Positions 1-10,443 of a stretch of 62,761 bases of DNA are shown in pieces. Position 1 is the first letter of the stretch, and each line of letters opens with the position of its first letter. Source of the DNA: Polyangia bacterium (lineage in GTDB: Bacteria; Myxococcota_A; Polyangia; JAAYKL01). The stretch is taken from NCBI GenBank assembly GCA_050287845.1, contig JBNKCR010000038.1, positions 1 to 62,761 on the forward strand, read 5' to 3'. The notes beneath the pieces were generated by a model, which was given only the letters and a program-made list of their open reading frames with translations, was not told where the DNA came from and did not search any database. The position numbers were made by a program, and so were the translations under genes.

Positions 1-1
1 C

Positions 2-49
2 GCCGCGCGGTTCGAGACACTCGCTACGCTCGTTCCTCACCACAGCGGC
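2..49. repeat. REP-like imperfect hairpin at the window edge
   Basis: GCCGC(2-6)/GCGGC(45-49) encloses GGT-TC-GAG...CTC-ACC, resembling GGTTCGA..CTCACC-type intergenic REP elements; only one copy is visible. Confidence 0.35.
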
Positions 50-149
50 TCTGTTTCCCTAAATTACTGGCCCAACTTAATTCTGTATCCGAATTGTTGC
101 ATCGTCTCGTTTTCGAAATTGGTACACCTCGAATAGCTCATGTACTGGG

Positions 150-194
150 ACACTATTGTAGTGTATACGGGAAAAGTGTACACTGATATAGTGT
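150..194. promoter_or_regulatory. Putative autoregulatory operator of the TA module
   Basis: AGTGT at 160, 175 and 190 (15-bp period); palindrome AGTGTACACT at 175-184; inverted repeat CACTA-ttg-TAGTG at 151-163; just upstream of the antitoxin. Confidence 0.45.
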
Positions 195-225
195 GAAGGT
201 GAATCGGAAAAATTCCGGATGATGT

Positions 226-459
226 ATGGAGGCAATCATGCAGAAAAACATTACTTTGAGTGCGGACGCATCGTTGATTGAACGTTCCAGAAAGCGGGCG
301 AGCAGTCGACATACAACACTGAATGCCGAATTTCGAAGATGGCTGGAGCAGTATGTGGCTGAAGATATTGATGAATATTCATACGAGTTACTGATGCAGT
401 CACTGCATTACTGCCGGAGTGGGCGGCATTTCAGCCGGGACGAGCTGAATGAGCGCTGA
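226..459 (+). CDS. Antitoxin (ribbon-helix-helix, VapB/DUF6364-like)
   Basis: 77 aa (start may be ATG 238); KNITLSAD..LIERSR RHH-like N-terminus; FSRDELNER tail; overlaps the start of the PIN gene. Confidence 0.75.
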   Translation: MEAIMQKNITLSADASLIERSRKRASSRHTTLNAEFRRWLEQYVAEDIDEYSYELLMQSLHYCRSGRHFSRDELNER

Positions 460-871
460 ATTTTTTATCGACACCAATGTGCTTGTTTACTCTTTTGATC
501 ATGAGGCGACGGAGAAAAGAACCATTGCCTCTGCGCTCATTGGCAAGGCACTGTCTACAGGAAACGGGGTTATCAGCTATCAGGTGGTTCAGGAATTCCT
601 CAATGTCAGCAGTCGAAAATTCGCAGTTCCCATGAAAGTGGATGACCAGCAAAAATATCTCGATACGGTGTTGATGCCGCTATGCAGGGTATTCCCGTCC
701 ATCGATTTTTATCGGACAGGGCTCGGGATATGCGCACGCTTTGGATTTTCGTTTTACGATTCGCTGATTGTGGCGGGTGCATTGCAAAAGAAGTGCAGAA
801 CACTTTATTCCGAAGATTTGCAACATCAACAACAGATAGAGGATCTGACCATTATCAATCCGTTTTTGTGA
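449..871 (+). CDS. PIN-domain toxin (VapC-like ribonuclease)
   Basis: FIDTNVLVY, QVVQEF, FSFYDSLIVAGA, LYSEDLQ PIN motifs. Confidence 0.92.
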   Translation: MSAEFFIDTNVLVYSFDHEATEKRTIASALIGKALSTGNGVISYQVVQEFLNVSSRKFAVPMKVDDQQKYLDTVLMPLCRVFPSIDFYRTGLGICARFGFSFYDSLIVAGALQKKCRTLYSEDLQHQQQIEDLTIINPFL

Positions 872-877
872 ATCCGC

Positions 878-2293
878 TCAGCGGGATGTCAGTTTCAGTC
901 GAGCCCGGTTGATAATCGCCCGCCGGTTGAGTTTGCCGTTTTCCAGGAGGGGGATGGCCGTGTGCGGGGCGATGTGAAATTGTCTGGGTTTCTGGTGAGG
1001 GGCCAGGTGACGGCGAAGGGTTGAGTCCAGCCCGGTTTCGTCGAATTCTTTCCGGTCCACGTACAGGGCGCAGGCCACTATCTGGCCGTACTGCACGTCA
1101 TCCACACCGAAGACCACGGCTTCGGTGATTCCCCGAATGGTTTTCAGTTGTGCTTCCACCCACTCCGGCTGCACATTTTCTCCCCCGGTGATGATAATAT
1201 TGTCCATGCGTCCCAGGACATGCAGACATCCATCGTTGTCCAGAAAGCCTCGATCGGCGGTGATGAAGGTTCCCGAACAGGGCGGCCGTCCCACATATCC
1301 GGTCATCACCGTTGGCCCACTGATGCGAATTCGACCGGTCGTGTTCCGGGGCAGCGTTGTGCCCGTTTCATCAATGATGTGAATGGCTGTTCCGGGGACA
1401 GGGAGAAGACCTGCATGGGGATTGTTGCAGACCTGGTTGAGTGGGACTGTAGCCGCCTGGGATGCGGTTTCGGTCATGCCGTAGGTTTCCACCACCGGGA
1501 GTCCCATCTGCTGCCAATCTGTTCTGAGAGATTCCGGAGCAGCAGCGCCGCCCAGCAGGATGACGCGAAGCTTTTTCAGCTGGTCTTTTTGCGGGGACGC
1601 CATCAGTCGCTGGAGAGTCGTGGGTACCAGGGATATCATGGTGGCGCCCTGCGATGTGATGGCGTGGAATACCAGATCTTCCCTGAACCGTGGGTGAAGA
1701 ATGGCCGGTTTGCCTGCCAGCAGACAGCGAAAGACAATGGACAGCCCCCCGATGTGGGCCAGGGGAAGATTGACAATCCAACAGTCGTCGCTGCGCCACC
1801 CCAGATTGCGTTCGCTGGCCCGGGCAGAAGCCACCAGCGCGCGTTCCGACAACATGACGCCCCTGGGCGCGGTTGACGTGCCGGAGGTGAAGAGAATAAT
1901 GTTGGCGACTGTGGGGGGCGGGGGGATTTCTTCAACGGCTTCGGCAGCGCCGGCTTTTCCCTGAATCCACTCTGAAACCGTTGAACTTTCAGCTGGATAA
2001 CATCCTGGTATCAAATGATGCAATCGGATGATTTCATTATTGTTGCTCCCCTGATGATGAATGGCAATGGGACGTTGGCACTGGAGTGCAGCCAGGATGA
2101 CAAATACGGTATGGGGATGGTTGCGGCCGCAGATTGTGGGCGTGGCCGACGCGGGCAATCGATTGAGTTGTTCACAGACAGGGCGACAGCGACGCGCCAT
2201 TTCGTTGAACGTGTACACGTGGTGTTCAAAAATCAGCGCCGGTGCGTCTCCATATTGTGCCGCGGCGGAAAAAATATTGAGCGAATTCAACAT
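878..2293 (-). CDS. menE: O-succinylbenzoate--CoA ligase
   Basis: AMP-binding motifs FTSGTS..PRG, TYGMTET, GRMDNIIITGGENV; last gene of the men operon; start set to the ATG at 2293 that overlaps the menC stop. Confidence 0.88.
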   Translation of the reverse strand: MLNSLNIFSAAAQYGDAPALIFEHHVYTFNEMARRCRPVCEQLNRLPASATPTICGRNHPHTVFVILAALQCQRPIAIHHQGSNNNEIIRLHHLIPGCYPAESSTVSEWIQGKAGAAEAVEEIPPPPTVANIILFTSGTSTAPRGVMLSERALVASARASERNLGWRSDDCWIVNLPLAHIGGLSIVFRCLLAGKPAILHPRFREDLVFHAITSQGATMISLVPTTLQRLMASPQKDQLKKLRVILLGGAAAPESLRTDWQQMGLPVVETYGMTETASQAATVPLNQVCNNPHAGLLPVPGTAIHIIDETGTTLPRNTTGRIRISGPTVMTGYVGRPPCSGTFITADRGFLDNDGCLHVLGRMDNIIITGGENVQPEWVEAQLKTIRGITEAVVFGVDDVQYGQIVACALYVDRKEFDETGLDSTLRRHLAPHQKPRQFHIAPHTAIPLLENGKLNRRAIINRARLKLTSR

Positions 2294-3363
2294 CGGCTTT
2301 CTCCATCCTCTGTCGGCAGGCAATCTGTGGCAACGCCGATGCCCGGTTTATCTCCTGGACGAATGGTGTCGCACTGCAGTGTGAAATATTGATGGGCATT
2401 CTCTGTGTGGACGGTAGCGGGGGGCAGTAGTCCGCAGGGACGGCGTAACGGCAGGCTGGCAGCCATATGCAATATGGCCAGAAATCCCGGCAGAGATTCA
2501 AACATATGCGTCACGATAACGTCCCGGGATGCGGCGCTGGCGGCGGCGGCCAGTCTTCTTGCCCTGAAAATGCCGCCGAGCAGCGATGGCTTCAGAATCA
2601 CCGCCTGACACGATGGATGCGCGAGCATCTGTGAAACTGCGTCATCCCGTTGCAGGCTCTCGTCAAAAGCGATGGGCACCGGCAGTGATGCGGCGGAAAG
2701 TTGCGCAAAAGGGACAGGTTCTTCCACATATTCGGGGAAAAACGCAGCAATGCGGCCAAGTGTTTCAATCAGCGTATCCGGTCGCAGCGTCCCGTTGGCG
2801 TCAATGCGAATGTCGATGGAGTCGCCATAGGTGTCCCGCAGCCAATGCAACATTGTCAGATGATTTTTGAGATTTTCCTTCCCATTCAGCTTCAGCTTGA
2901 AGACGCGAATTCCCTGTTCATACAGTCGCCGGGTCGTTTCCTGAAATCTTTCTGTCCGAAGCAGAGCATTGACTCGAATCCCGGTTCTGTTGTCGGCAAA
3001 GAGACGCCACAGAGGAACACCGGTTGAACGGGCGAGCAAATCGAGCAGTGCGGATTCCAGGGCGAACCGGGCCGATGGCAGGTGAATGGGTACCTGGCCG
3101 CATAATGTTTCAATGTTCGCAATGTCACTTATTTGCATTCCGGTGAGGAGAGGGAGCGCCTGTGAAAGGGAGCGGGAGCAATCTGCAACGGTTTCCGGCG
3201 AGTGACCGGGGAGGGGAGATGCTTCGCCCATTCCGGCGTTGCCCTTTTCGTCACGAACCATCAGATACAGCCGCTCAAGTTGATGCCACTTCCGAACGGC
3301 ACTACCGGTGCCCGGCGGCGTCGGAACGGTTGTACAACGGATTTTGCATTCAGTCAGAATCAT
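2287..3363 (-). CDS. menC: o-succinylbenzoate synthase (enolase superfamily)
   Basis: GEASPLPG, FKLKL, RIDANG, VEEP, AFDES, ILKP motifs; operon context. Confidence 0.88.
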   Translation of the reverse strand: MILTECKIRCTTVPTPPGTGSAVRKWHQLERLYLMVRDEKGNAGMGEASPLPGHSPETVADCSRSLSQALPLLTGMQISDIANIETLCGQVPIHLPSARFALESALLDLLARSTGVPLWRLFADNRTGIRVNALLRTERFQETTRRLYEQGIRVFKLKLNGKENLKNHLTMLHWLRDTYGDSIDIRIDANGTLRPDTLIETLGRIAAFFPEYVEEPVPFAQLSAASLPVPIAFDESLQRDDAVSQMLAHPSCQAVILKPSLLGGIFRARRLAAAASAASRDVIVTHMFESLPGFLAILHMAASLPLRRPCGLLPPATVHTENAHQYFTLQCDTIRPGDKPGIGVATDCLPTEDGESRC

Positions 3364-3369
3364 GGGATT

Positions 3370-4290
3370 TCACAACAATGACGGGAACACCAGCGCCGCA
3401 GACAGAATGACGCCAAACGAAAATGTGAAGAGCGCGGTTCTACCCAGCACCGGGTTCAGTGATTTGCCGGTGGAAACCACCAGCCGTTTCAGATTATTGA
3501 CGCCAATGCCCGCAATGATACCGGTCAGAAACACATAATAGTTCCCGGTCAGTGACGCAATGGCACCCACGCACATGTACGCCAGCAGAAGGCCAAGAGC
3601 ATACTGGAGTATGCCGAATTTTTTTCCCCACCTGGCGATAACGGTTTTTTTTCCGTTCGCTCTGTCCTGATGCTCATCTCTCACATTGTTGACCACCAGC
3701 AGGTTCACTGCCAACAATCCCATGGCGCAGGCAGCCGGCCAGACAGTGAGGGGAATGTGGCCCAGACACAGATGGGTGGTGCCCACCACGGCGACCAGTC
3801 CGAAGAAAAGGAAGACAAAGATATCGCCAAGGCCGTTGTATCCCAACGGAAATGGTCCCCCGGTGTAGGCAATGGCGCTGACAATGGCGAAGATTCCCAG
3901 CACCATGTACGCCCATCCACCCTGCCAGACCAGGATGCCCCCGGTGAGCGCGGACAATGCTGCCACCGCTGCAATACCGGCTTTCATCCGGCGGCGGCTG
4001 ATGAATCCCTGTTGCATGGCCCTGGGCGGTCCCAGTCGGTCTGATGTGTCGGCGCCTTTTTTAAAGTCGAAAAAATCGTTGGCCAGGTTGGAGAGAATTT
4101 GAAGCAGCAGGGCGGTGATCAGACAGAGGATGGCCAAATCAAATCGAATACCGGATGCAGCGGATGCTTCTGCCACCGCAACGCCCACCAGGATGGGCGC
4201 GGCCCCCACCGGGAGGGTTTTGGGCCGAATGGCCATCAGCCAGGCGCCCGGAGAGTCCGTTGTCGGCAGTGAAGATAAGGAATCGGTCAT
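3370..4290 (-). CDS. menA: 1,4-dihydroxy-2-naphthoate prenyltransferase
   Basis: [38 protein letters not shown]; multiple TM segments. Confidence 0.95.
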   Translation of the reverse strand: MTDSLSSLPTTDSPGAWLMAIRPKTLPVGAAPILVGVAVAEASAASGIRFDLAILCLITALLLQILSNLANDFFDFKKGADTSDRLGPPRAMQQGFISRRRMKAGIAAVAALSALTGGILVWQGGWAYMVLGIFAIVSAIAYTGGPFPLGYNGLGDIFVFLFFGLVAVVGTTHLCLGHIPLTVWPAACAMGLLAVNLLVVNNVRDEHQDRANGKKTVIARWGKKFGILQYALGLLLAYMCVGAIASLTGNYYVFLTGIIAGIGVNNLKRLVVSTGKSLNPVLGRTALFTFSFGVILSAALVFPSLL

Positions 4291-5108
4291 GGTTGACGCT
4301 TGAATTTACTGAAATCGGGAGAGCGTTTTTCGAGGAATGCGTTTTTGCCTTCCTGTCCTTCTTCGGACATATAAAATAGCATGGTGGCGTTTCCGGCCAG
4401 CTCCTGCAATCCGGCCTGCCCATCACAATCCGCATTGAGCGCGGCTTTTAAACAGCGAATCGCCATGGGGCTGTTGGCCAGAATTTCGCGGCACCATTTC
4501 ATGGTTTCCATCTCCAGCGCGGCCAGGGGCACCACGGTATTGACCAGGCCCATCTCCAATGCCTGTCGGGCGTCGTACTGGCGGCAGAGAAACCATATTT
4601 CCCGTGCCTTCTTCTGTCCCACAATCCGCGCCATATACGACGCGCCGTAGCCCCCGTCGAAACTGCCTACCCTAGGGCCGGTCTGTCCGAACACCGCGTT
4701 GTCCGCGGCGATAGTCAGGTCGCACATCATGTGGAGCACATGTCCACCACCGATGGCATACCCCGCCACCATGGCAATAACCGGTTTGGGAAGTGTGCGA
4801 ATCTGACGCTGCAAATCCAGGACGTTGAGTCGCTGAACTCCATCCACACCTTCGTAACCGGCCTCCTTGCGGACCCGCTGATCCCCTCCGGAACAGAAGG
4901 CCAGTTCTCCCTGCCCGGTAAGGATAATTACACCAATATCCGGATCGTTGCGCGCATCATCAAATGCGTTTCCAAGCTCCATCACCGTCTGCGGACGGAA
5001 CGCGTTTCGCACTTTTGGACGGTTGATGGTGATTTTGGCAATCCCCTCCGCCTTTTCGTACAGAATATCATCGTATGAAGCTGCCGATTTCCAGTGAATG
5101 TCACTCAT
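4287..5108 (-). CDS. menB: 1,4-dihydroxy-2-naphthoyl-CoA synthase
   Basis: [35 protein letters not shown]. Confidence 0.98.
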   Translation of the reverse strand: MSDIHWKSAASYDDILYEKAEGIAKITINRPKVRNAFRPQTVMELGNAFDDARNDPDIGVIILTGQGELAFCSGGDQRVRKEAGYEGVDGVQRLNVLDLQRQIRTLPKPVIAMVAGYAIGGGHVLHMMCDLTIAADNAVFGQTGPRVGSFDGGYGASYMARIVGQKKAREIWFLCRQYDARQALEMGLVNTVVPLAALEMETMKWCREILANSPMAIRCLKAALNADCDGQAGLQELAGNATMLFYMSEEGQEGKNAFLEKRSPDFSKFKRQP

Positions 5109-5353
5109 AAGTCTTTCCTTGGGCGATGCCGGTTCGTTCCCGGATGGGTATCGTTCTGTTCTGGGACCTGTTTTATTAAGAAACGCTATTCAAAATTACA
5201 ATAGCTAATTGCGTTTTGGGCCAAAAGGCCCCAACGGTTACCTGATATTCTTTCGAATCAGGGTTGCGGCAATATGTTCTATCGCTTGTGAGTTTAATTG
5301 TGCAATTTTTTGTATTATCAGACTGGTGATGCTTTATTCTTAATTTTCCACAG

Positions 5354-6586
5354 TTGAAACCGTTGGTAGTAGAAGGCAATGAATCAGTCTACAACGGGAA
5401 TGTGGCCATGGGAGATGCCGTGTGTGAACAGATGGAATTGATGGACGTGCAGATGCTTGAGCTCGCGTGCCGTAGCGCTCGACTGGGAGGCTGGCGACTG
5501 GATCGGAGCACGGATACCATTATTCTGTCCCCGGAGCTCTGCGGTTTATTGCGGTTTTCAGATCCCACCGCTGTAATTTTGCCGTACGAGGAATTCAGCC
5601 GCCGCCACGTGCATCCGGAAGACAGTTGGTTTGTCCGTGAATACCAGCACGCCCCACCTGGCAACCGGTATCATTTTCGAGTGCTGTGCGCCGATGGTTC
5701 CGAGCGATGGCTGGAATCTTTTCCGGCGATGGAAACTGTCCCGGACGCCATCACCGTATCTGGCGTGGTGCAGGACGTTACCGAGCGCGTTGCCAGTGAA
5801 GATGATTTGCGAAATGCTCGCAAGATGGAATCCATTCGGAGTATCGCTGGCGGCATTGCCCATGAATTCAACAATATCCTCTATTCCATTGCCGGGTATG
5901 TCGGGTTGGTGAAAGACCTGATCAGCGATGGCAGTCCTCTGGATTTGAAGGAACTGAACGATTATATCAGCGAAATCGGCATCAGTAACAAGCGAGCGGT
6001 GCAGCTGGTAAAAAAAATACAGACGTTCAGTCATAGCGGCAGAAAAGGCATTACATCCGTCGCACTGGATAATGTTGTTCCGCAGGTGTTGGCAGGTATC
6101 TCCATTCCTGAAAACGTGAAGGTCAACCGAGTGGTTTTATCGGACGAAAATATATGCGTGTACGCCAACGGGGAGACCTTGTGCGAATCACTGCGAAATA
6201 TTATTGATAACGGGATTCTGGCCATGGCGAATGGCGGCGGGACGCTGACCATTGAACTGGACAGGGTTTTCGAATCGGATATGCGGCCGGTGGCGTGTGG
6301 CACCATCAGAACCGGGTACTATGGCAGGGTTGCCATTCGGGATGAAGGGTGCGGAATGGACAGCAACACCACAACCAGAATTTTTGAACCATTTTTTACA
6401 ACCAGACAGACCGGTGAGGGTACCGGTTTGGGACTTGCAATTGTTTACGGCATGGTGAATGCGGCGGGGGGCGCAGTGGAAGTGATGAGTCAGCCGCAGG
6501 AAGGTACGCTTATCCGACTGTATCTCCCCGCCTGCAGTACCATGTCCGGGAAGAGAGACAACGATGACGCGCATACTGGTAATTGA
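5354..6586 (+). CDS. PAS-domain sensor histidine kinase
   Basis: PAS (VHPED), H-box IAHEFNNIL, DEGCGMD, FEPFFTT, GTGLGL; start may be ATG 5408. Confidence 0.9.
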   Translation: MKPLVVEGNESVYNGNVAMGDAVCEQMELMDVQMLELACRSARLGGWRLDRSTDTIILSPELCGLLRFSDPTAVILPYEEFSRRHVHPEDSWFVREYQHAPPGNRYHFRVLCADGSERWLESFPAMETVPDAITVSGVVQDVTERVASEDDLRNARKMESIRSIAGGIAHEFNNILYSIAGYVGLVKDLISDGSPLDLKELNDYISEIGISNKRAVQLVKKIQTFSHSGRKGITSVALDNVVPQVLAGISIPENVKVNRVVLSDENICVYANGETLCESLRNIIDNGILAMANGGGTLTIELDRVFESDMRPVACGTIRTGYYGRVAIRDEGCGMDSNTTTRIFEPFFTTRQTGEGTGLGLAIVYGMVNAAGGAVEVMSQPQEGTLIRLYLPACSTMSGKRDNDDAHTGN

Positions 6587-6929
6587 TGATGATGTTCAGG
6601 TATGTACCATGCTGGAGCGCTTTTTTATCCGCAAAGGCTATGCGGTGGATGTTGCGTTCGACGGCAATCAGGGCCTGAAAAAATTCAGACCGGAAGAAAC
6701 CAATCTGGTGATTACCGATTTGGTTATGCCTGAAAAGGAAGGGATTGAAACGGTGATGGAACTGCGGGCCAAATCTCCGGCAGTGAAAATTATCGCCATT
6801 TCCGGCGGCGGAAGAGTGGGCCCGGAATCCTACCTGGAAATTGCCCGGGAACTGGGGGCGCAGCGGACATTCGAAAAGCCGGTGGATTTTGATGAGTTGC
6901 TGCACGCCGTGGAAGAACTGACTGCCTGA
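6564..6929 (+). CDS. Single-domain response regulator
   Basis: ILVIDDD, ITDLVMPEKEG, IIAISG, FEKP; overlaps the kinase gene. Confidence 0.92.
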   Translation: MTRILVIDDDVQVCTMLERFFIRKGYAVDVAFDGNQGLKKFRPEETNLVITDLVMPEKEGIETVMELRAKSPAVKIIAISGGGRVGPESYLEIARELGAQRTFEKPVDFDELLHAVEELTA

Positions 6930-6938
6930 CGCATGGGA

Positions 6939-6959
6939 ATGTCCCCATTCCGGGGACAT
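6939..6959 (+). terminator. Hairpin after the response regulator
   Basis: ATGTCCCC-attcc-GGGGACAT perfect 8-bp stem; no clear U-tract. Confidence 0.4.
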
Positions 6960-7110
6960 GAACAGCTGCGACCGGTTGTTTATCCGTATCCATATATTTT
7001 TCACTTTCTGATATTGTCGGGGTGGCGCACATTGGCAGGGAGATGGCGTGCCGGATGAGGATGCCGATTCGCAACTCGTCGATAGCCCCTTGCCGTTGAA
7101 TCTTCGATGC

Positions 7111-7126
7111 TGGCACGGTGGTTGCT
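7111..7126 (+). promoter_or_regulatory. Sigma-54 (-24/-12) promoter upstream of radC
   Basis: TGGCAC-GGTGG-TTGCT matches the TGGCAC-N5-TTGCW consensus exactly. Confidence 0.7.
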
Positions 7127-7139
7127 AAGTTGAGCAGCC

Positions 7140-7835
7140 ATGAATCTGTCCAACAGTAATCTGGAAAAACCCCGCGAGCGACTCAGAGACAAGGGGGTGG
7201 CATATCTGGGTGATGCCGAACTGATTGCCGTGCTGATTGGCACGGGAACCAGAGGCACCGGAAGTCTGGAACTGGCATCGTATATTCTGAAGGAAATCGG
7301 TGGTGTCGCCGGGTTGAACGCCCAGGGGATGGGATCTCTTTGCCAGTTGCAGGGAATGGGAGACGCCAAGGCGGCGCGACTTCTGGCGGCGGTGGAGCTG
7401 GGCGCACGGGTGATTGAAAAGCAGACAATTCAGAAAGGACTCAACCGGTTCACCTGCAGCCGCGACATTTTCATAAGATATCACGGTCGTCTGTGTGGTC
7501 TGCGACAGGAAGTTTTTCTGGTGGTTGGGCTGAACAATAAAAACGAAGTACTGACCGAACAGGTGGTGGCCATGGGAACTGTGGATGAATGCCGGGTGGC
7601 GCCCAGGGAAGTATTTCGTCCGATGATTCTGGAGGCGGTGGCCCGGGCGCTTCTGATTCACAATCATCCATCGGGCGATCCGTCCCCCAGCCCGGAGGAT
7701 ATTTCACTGACCAGACGCATTTCAGAGGTGGGTAACCTACTGGGCGTCCCGGTGCTGGACCATTTGATTATCGGGGCGAATCGGTATGCGTCCCTGCGGG
7801 ATATGGGGTTGATGCAGGGATTGTCTGAAGTCTGA
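7140..7835 (+). CDS. radC: RadC family JAB-domain protein
   Basis: KPRERL, DAELIAVLIGTG, HhH region, PREVF, HNHPSGDPSPSPED, VLDHLII. Confidence 0.95.
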   Translation: MNLSNSNLEKPRERLRDKGVAYLGDAELIAVLIGTGTRGTGSLELASYILKEIGGVAGLNAQGMGSLCQLQGMGDAKAARLLAAVELGARVIEKQTIQKGLNRFTCSRDIFIRYHGRLCGLRQEVFLVVGLNNKNEVLTEQVVAMGTVDECRVAPREVFRPMILEAVARALLIHNHPSGDPSPSPEDISLTRRISEVGNLLGVPVLDHLIIGANRYASLRDMGLMQGLSEV

Positions 7836-7954
7836 ATTGGCTGCTTCAAGGGGAAACGAACCTCCCCGGGTTGTTTTGCACTGCTGCAATTCTCGGCCCC
7901 TCGCGTGCCATTCTTTAATTGTTCTTCCGCCTGAAACATGCATATAACCGCAGC

Positions 7955-10399
7955 ATGAAAATAGGGAAAGACACATTTGCAAATTCAATACTGGTCACAC
8001 TGATACTGACTGCGATGGCGGGAATGCCGGGTTTGTCCTGTGCAAACGGTGGCAATGGCACGTATTCTGCCGACCCAATCAAGTCGTCCGGTACCGGGAG
8101 AGCCGGGAAATCAGAAAAGCCCACCCGGGTTTCTGAAAGCGGGAGTTCCCCGGAGAAGCCCGGGTTCACGGGAGCCGGCGTCCGTCCGGCGGTTTCGCCT
8201 GATTTGACGACATCTTCTGAACGACGGTTTGATTTTACGGCGAACGTTGCCCTCGCCCACCTGCGGTCGAGTGGTCTGCTGGTGGATTTCGGCGATGCGT
8301 CGCGAAATAAATATACGGTCGGAGATTGGAAGACCGGCTGGCGGGGCAACCATCTGCTCGATGGGACAACCGTTTCGTTCCTGGAAGGAAAGGCTGCCCG
8401 GCTTTTCTTTTTCCTCAATGACGATGAAAACGGAAACGGAAAACTGGTCATCCGGGCACGGGGACCCGGGCAGAAAGTGAAAGGTCGTCTGTATCTGAAC
8501 GGAAAGGGACTGGGGCCTATGGAATTCGAATCCACTTTTTCGCATGTCACGGTGGATGCTGAGGGGCTGTTGAAGTCCGGTAACAACGAATTGCTGTGGC
8601 GCCCCGGAAACGGTGCAACCGTGGAAGATGGCCAATACGCCAGATTGGTGGTGGATTACGTCAGAGTGATTCCCGAAGGCACGGATGATGCCCAGGCGGC
8701 GTCGTCGGTTTCATCGGTGATGTCTGCCAGTGATGGCGGGGAGTCCAGTGCATTGCGCCTGAGAGCGGGCGATCGCCTCACCTGGTATCTGCCCATTCCG
8801 AAGGATGCGTTTATCCGGATGGCAGCACGGAGTTCCGGCGAAAGTGGCAGTGCAAAGATGTCATTGGGGATTGCCAGACGGGGATTGCCTCCCAGAAAGG
8901 TGATGCAAACCACCCTTGACGACAAAGGCAGTTCCGGTTCTGCGCCGCTGTCGGCCTGCGACGACGACATCTGTGCAGTGGACTTGCAGGTGACAGGAGG
9001 AGAAGCCATTTTTGAGACCCTTGAAATGCGGGTACCCGGAACTGATGCGCCGAAAGCCTCCGGTAAACGTGGGGCAACGAACGTGGTGCTGGTGCTGATT
9101 GATACATTGCGCGCGGATCATCTGTCTGTCTTTAACCGGGATACCCGCGTTCAAACCCCTTTCCTGCAAAAATTGGCCAGGGAATCCATGGTATTCGAAA
9201 ACGCGTGGGCGCAGGAAAACTGGACCAAACCGTCCGTCACATCATTGCTTTCCGGGTTGTATTCGGCCACCCACCAGAACAAGACCGAAAGCAATAAGGT
9301 GCCTTCAACTGTAGTAATGATCCAGGAGCATCTCCAGCGACTGGGATTTGAAACAGCCGGTTTTGTTGCCAACGGCTATGTCTCTGACAAGTTTGGCTTT
9401 AAGCGGGGATGGAATACATGGACGAATTATGTCCGGGAGGGAAAGAGAAACCGGGCTGAATTCGTTGCGGAAGATGCGGTAAAATGGCTGAAAACCCGAA
9501 ACGAAGACAAACCGTTTTTTCTGTATGTGCACACCATCGATCCTCATGTGCCGTATATTCCGCCGGCCAGCTACCGCGCGATGTACGACAACGATCCATA
9601 CAACGGTATCGTGAAATCAACTCAGACAGCCTCTTTGCTCGAAAAGGTGAAAACCGGAGCGTTGCGACTCTCTGACCGGGACAAATTTCGGCTGGAAGCG
9701 TTGTATGACGGCGAGATTTCTTACCACGATGATCATCTGGTGAAGGTGTACGACGAACTGAAAGCCCAGGGGCTGCTGGAAAACACAGTGATTGTGATTA
9801 CATCCGACCACGGCGAGGAATTTTTTGAGCATGGCAGTGTCGGGCATGGACATTCTCTTTATGAGGAATTGCTTCATGTTCCGCTTATTGTGAGATTACC
9901 CGATGCAACCGGATCATCGGAGGCGCGCTTTTCGGAGATGGTGGAGCTGGTCGATGTGGTGCCAACACTGTGTGCACTCACCGGTGTGGCGCCGCCGGCG
10001 GGAGTTCAGGGAAACAGTTTGACCTCCCAGTTGAGCGGCGTGGAGCCGGATTGGCCCAATGCGGCATTTTCGGAATTCATGGACGGGCAGATCACGGCGC
10101 GCACCACGCGGTACAAATTGATTTATCGCGGACTGAGTACCACTCTTTTTGACCTGAAAAACGATCCGCGGGAGACCGCGGACCTGTCCGATGAACGTCC
10201 TGATGCATTTGTGGCCATGCGGGATATCATTGGTTTGCACATGGGACGATTTGTTCCCACCGGCGAACTCTCCCACAGCAGAGCTGCGGCTTCAAAAACG
10301 GCGTCAGAGAAATCCAAACCGGTACACCAGCGGGAAAACGCTACCATCGATGCGGAAACCCGAAAACAACTCAAAGCCCTGGGGTACATGGGCGACTGA
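7955..10399 (+). CDS. Sulfatase-like (alkaline phosphatase superfamily) exported lipoprotein with N-terminal beta-rich domains
   Basis: Signal peptide ending GLSC; IDTLRADH, WTKPS, DPHVPY, SDHGEEFFEHG, LYEELLHVPL. Confidence 0.85.
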   Translation: MKIGKDTFANSILVTLILTAMAGMPGLSCANGGNGTYSADPIKSSGTGRAGKSEKPTRVSESGSSPEKPGFTGAGVRPAVSPDLTTSSERRFDFTANVALAHLRSSGLLVDFGDASRNKYTVGDWKTGWRGNHLLDGTTVSFLEGKAARLFFFLNDDENGNGKLVIRARGPGQKVKGRLYLNGKGLGPMEFESTFSHVTVDAEGLLKSGNNELLWRPGNGATVEDGQYARLVVDYVRVIPEGTDDAQAASSVSSVMSASDGGESSALRLRAGDRLTWYLPIPKDAFIRMAARSSGESGSAKMSLGIARRGLPPRKVMQTTLDDKGSSGSAPLSACDDDICAVDLQVTGGEAIFETLEMRVPGTDAPKASGKRGATNVVLVLIDTLRADHLSVFNRDTRVQTPFLQKLARESMVFENAWAQENWTKPSVTSLLSGLYSATHQNKTESNKVPSTVVMIQEHLQRLGFETAGFVANGYVSDKFGFKRGWNTWTNYVREGKRNRAEFVAEDAVKWLKTRNEDKPFFLYVHTIDPHVPYIPPASYRAMYDNDPYNGIVKSTQTASLLEKVKTGALRLSDRDKFRLEALYDGEISYHDDHLVKVYDELKAQGLLENTVIVITSDHGEEFFEHGSVGHGHSLYEELLHVPLIVRLPDATGSSEARFSEMVELVDVVPTLCALTGVAPPAGVQGNSLTSQLSGVEPDWPNAAFSEFMDGQITARTTRYKLIYRGLSTTLFDLKNDPRETADLSDERPDAFVAMRDIIGLHMGRFVPTGELSHSRAAASKTASEKSKPVHQRENATIDAETRKQLKALGYMGD

Positions 10400-10443
10400 C
10401 AGCAGATGGTATTGATGTATTTTCTATTGAACTGCGAAGCCGA

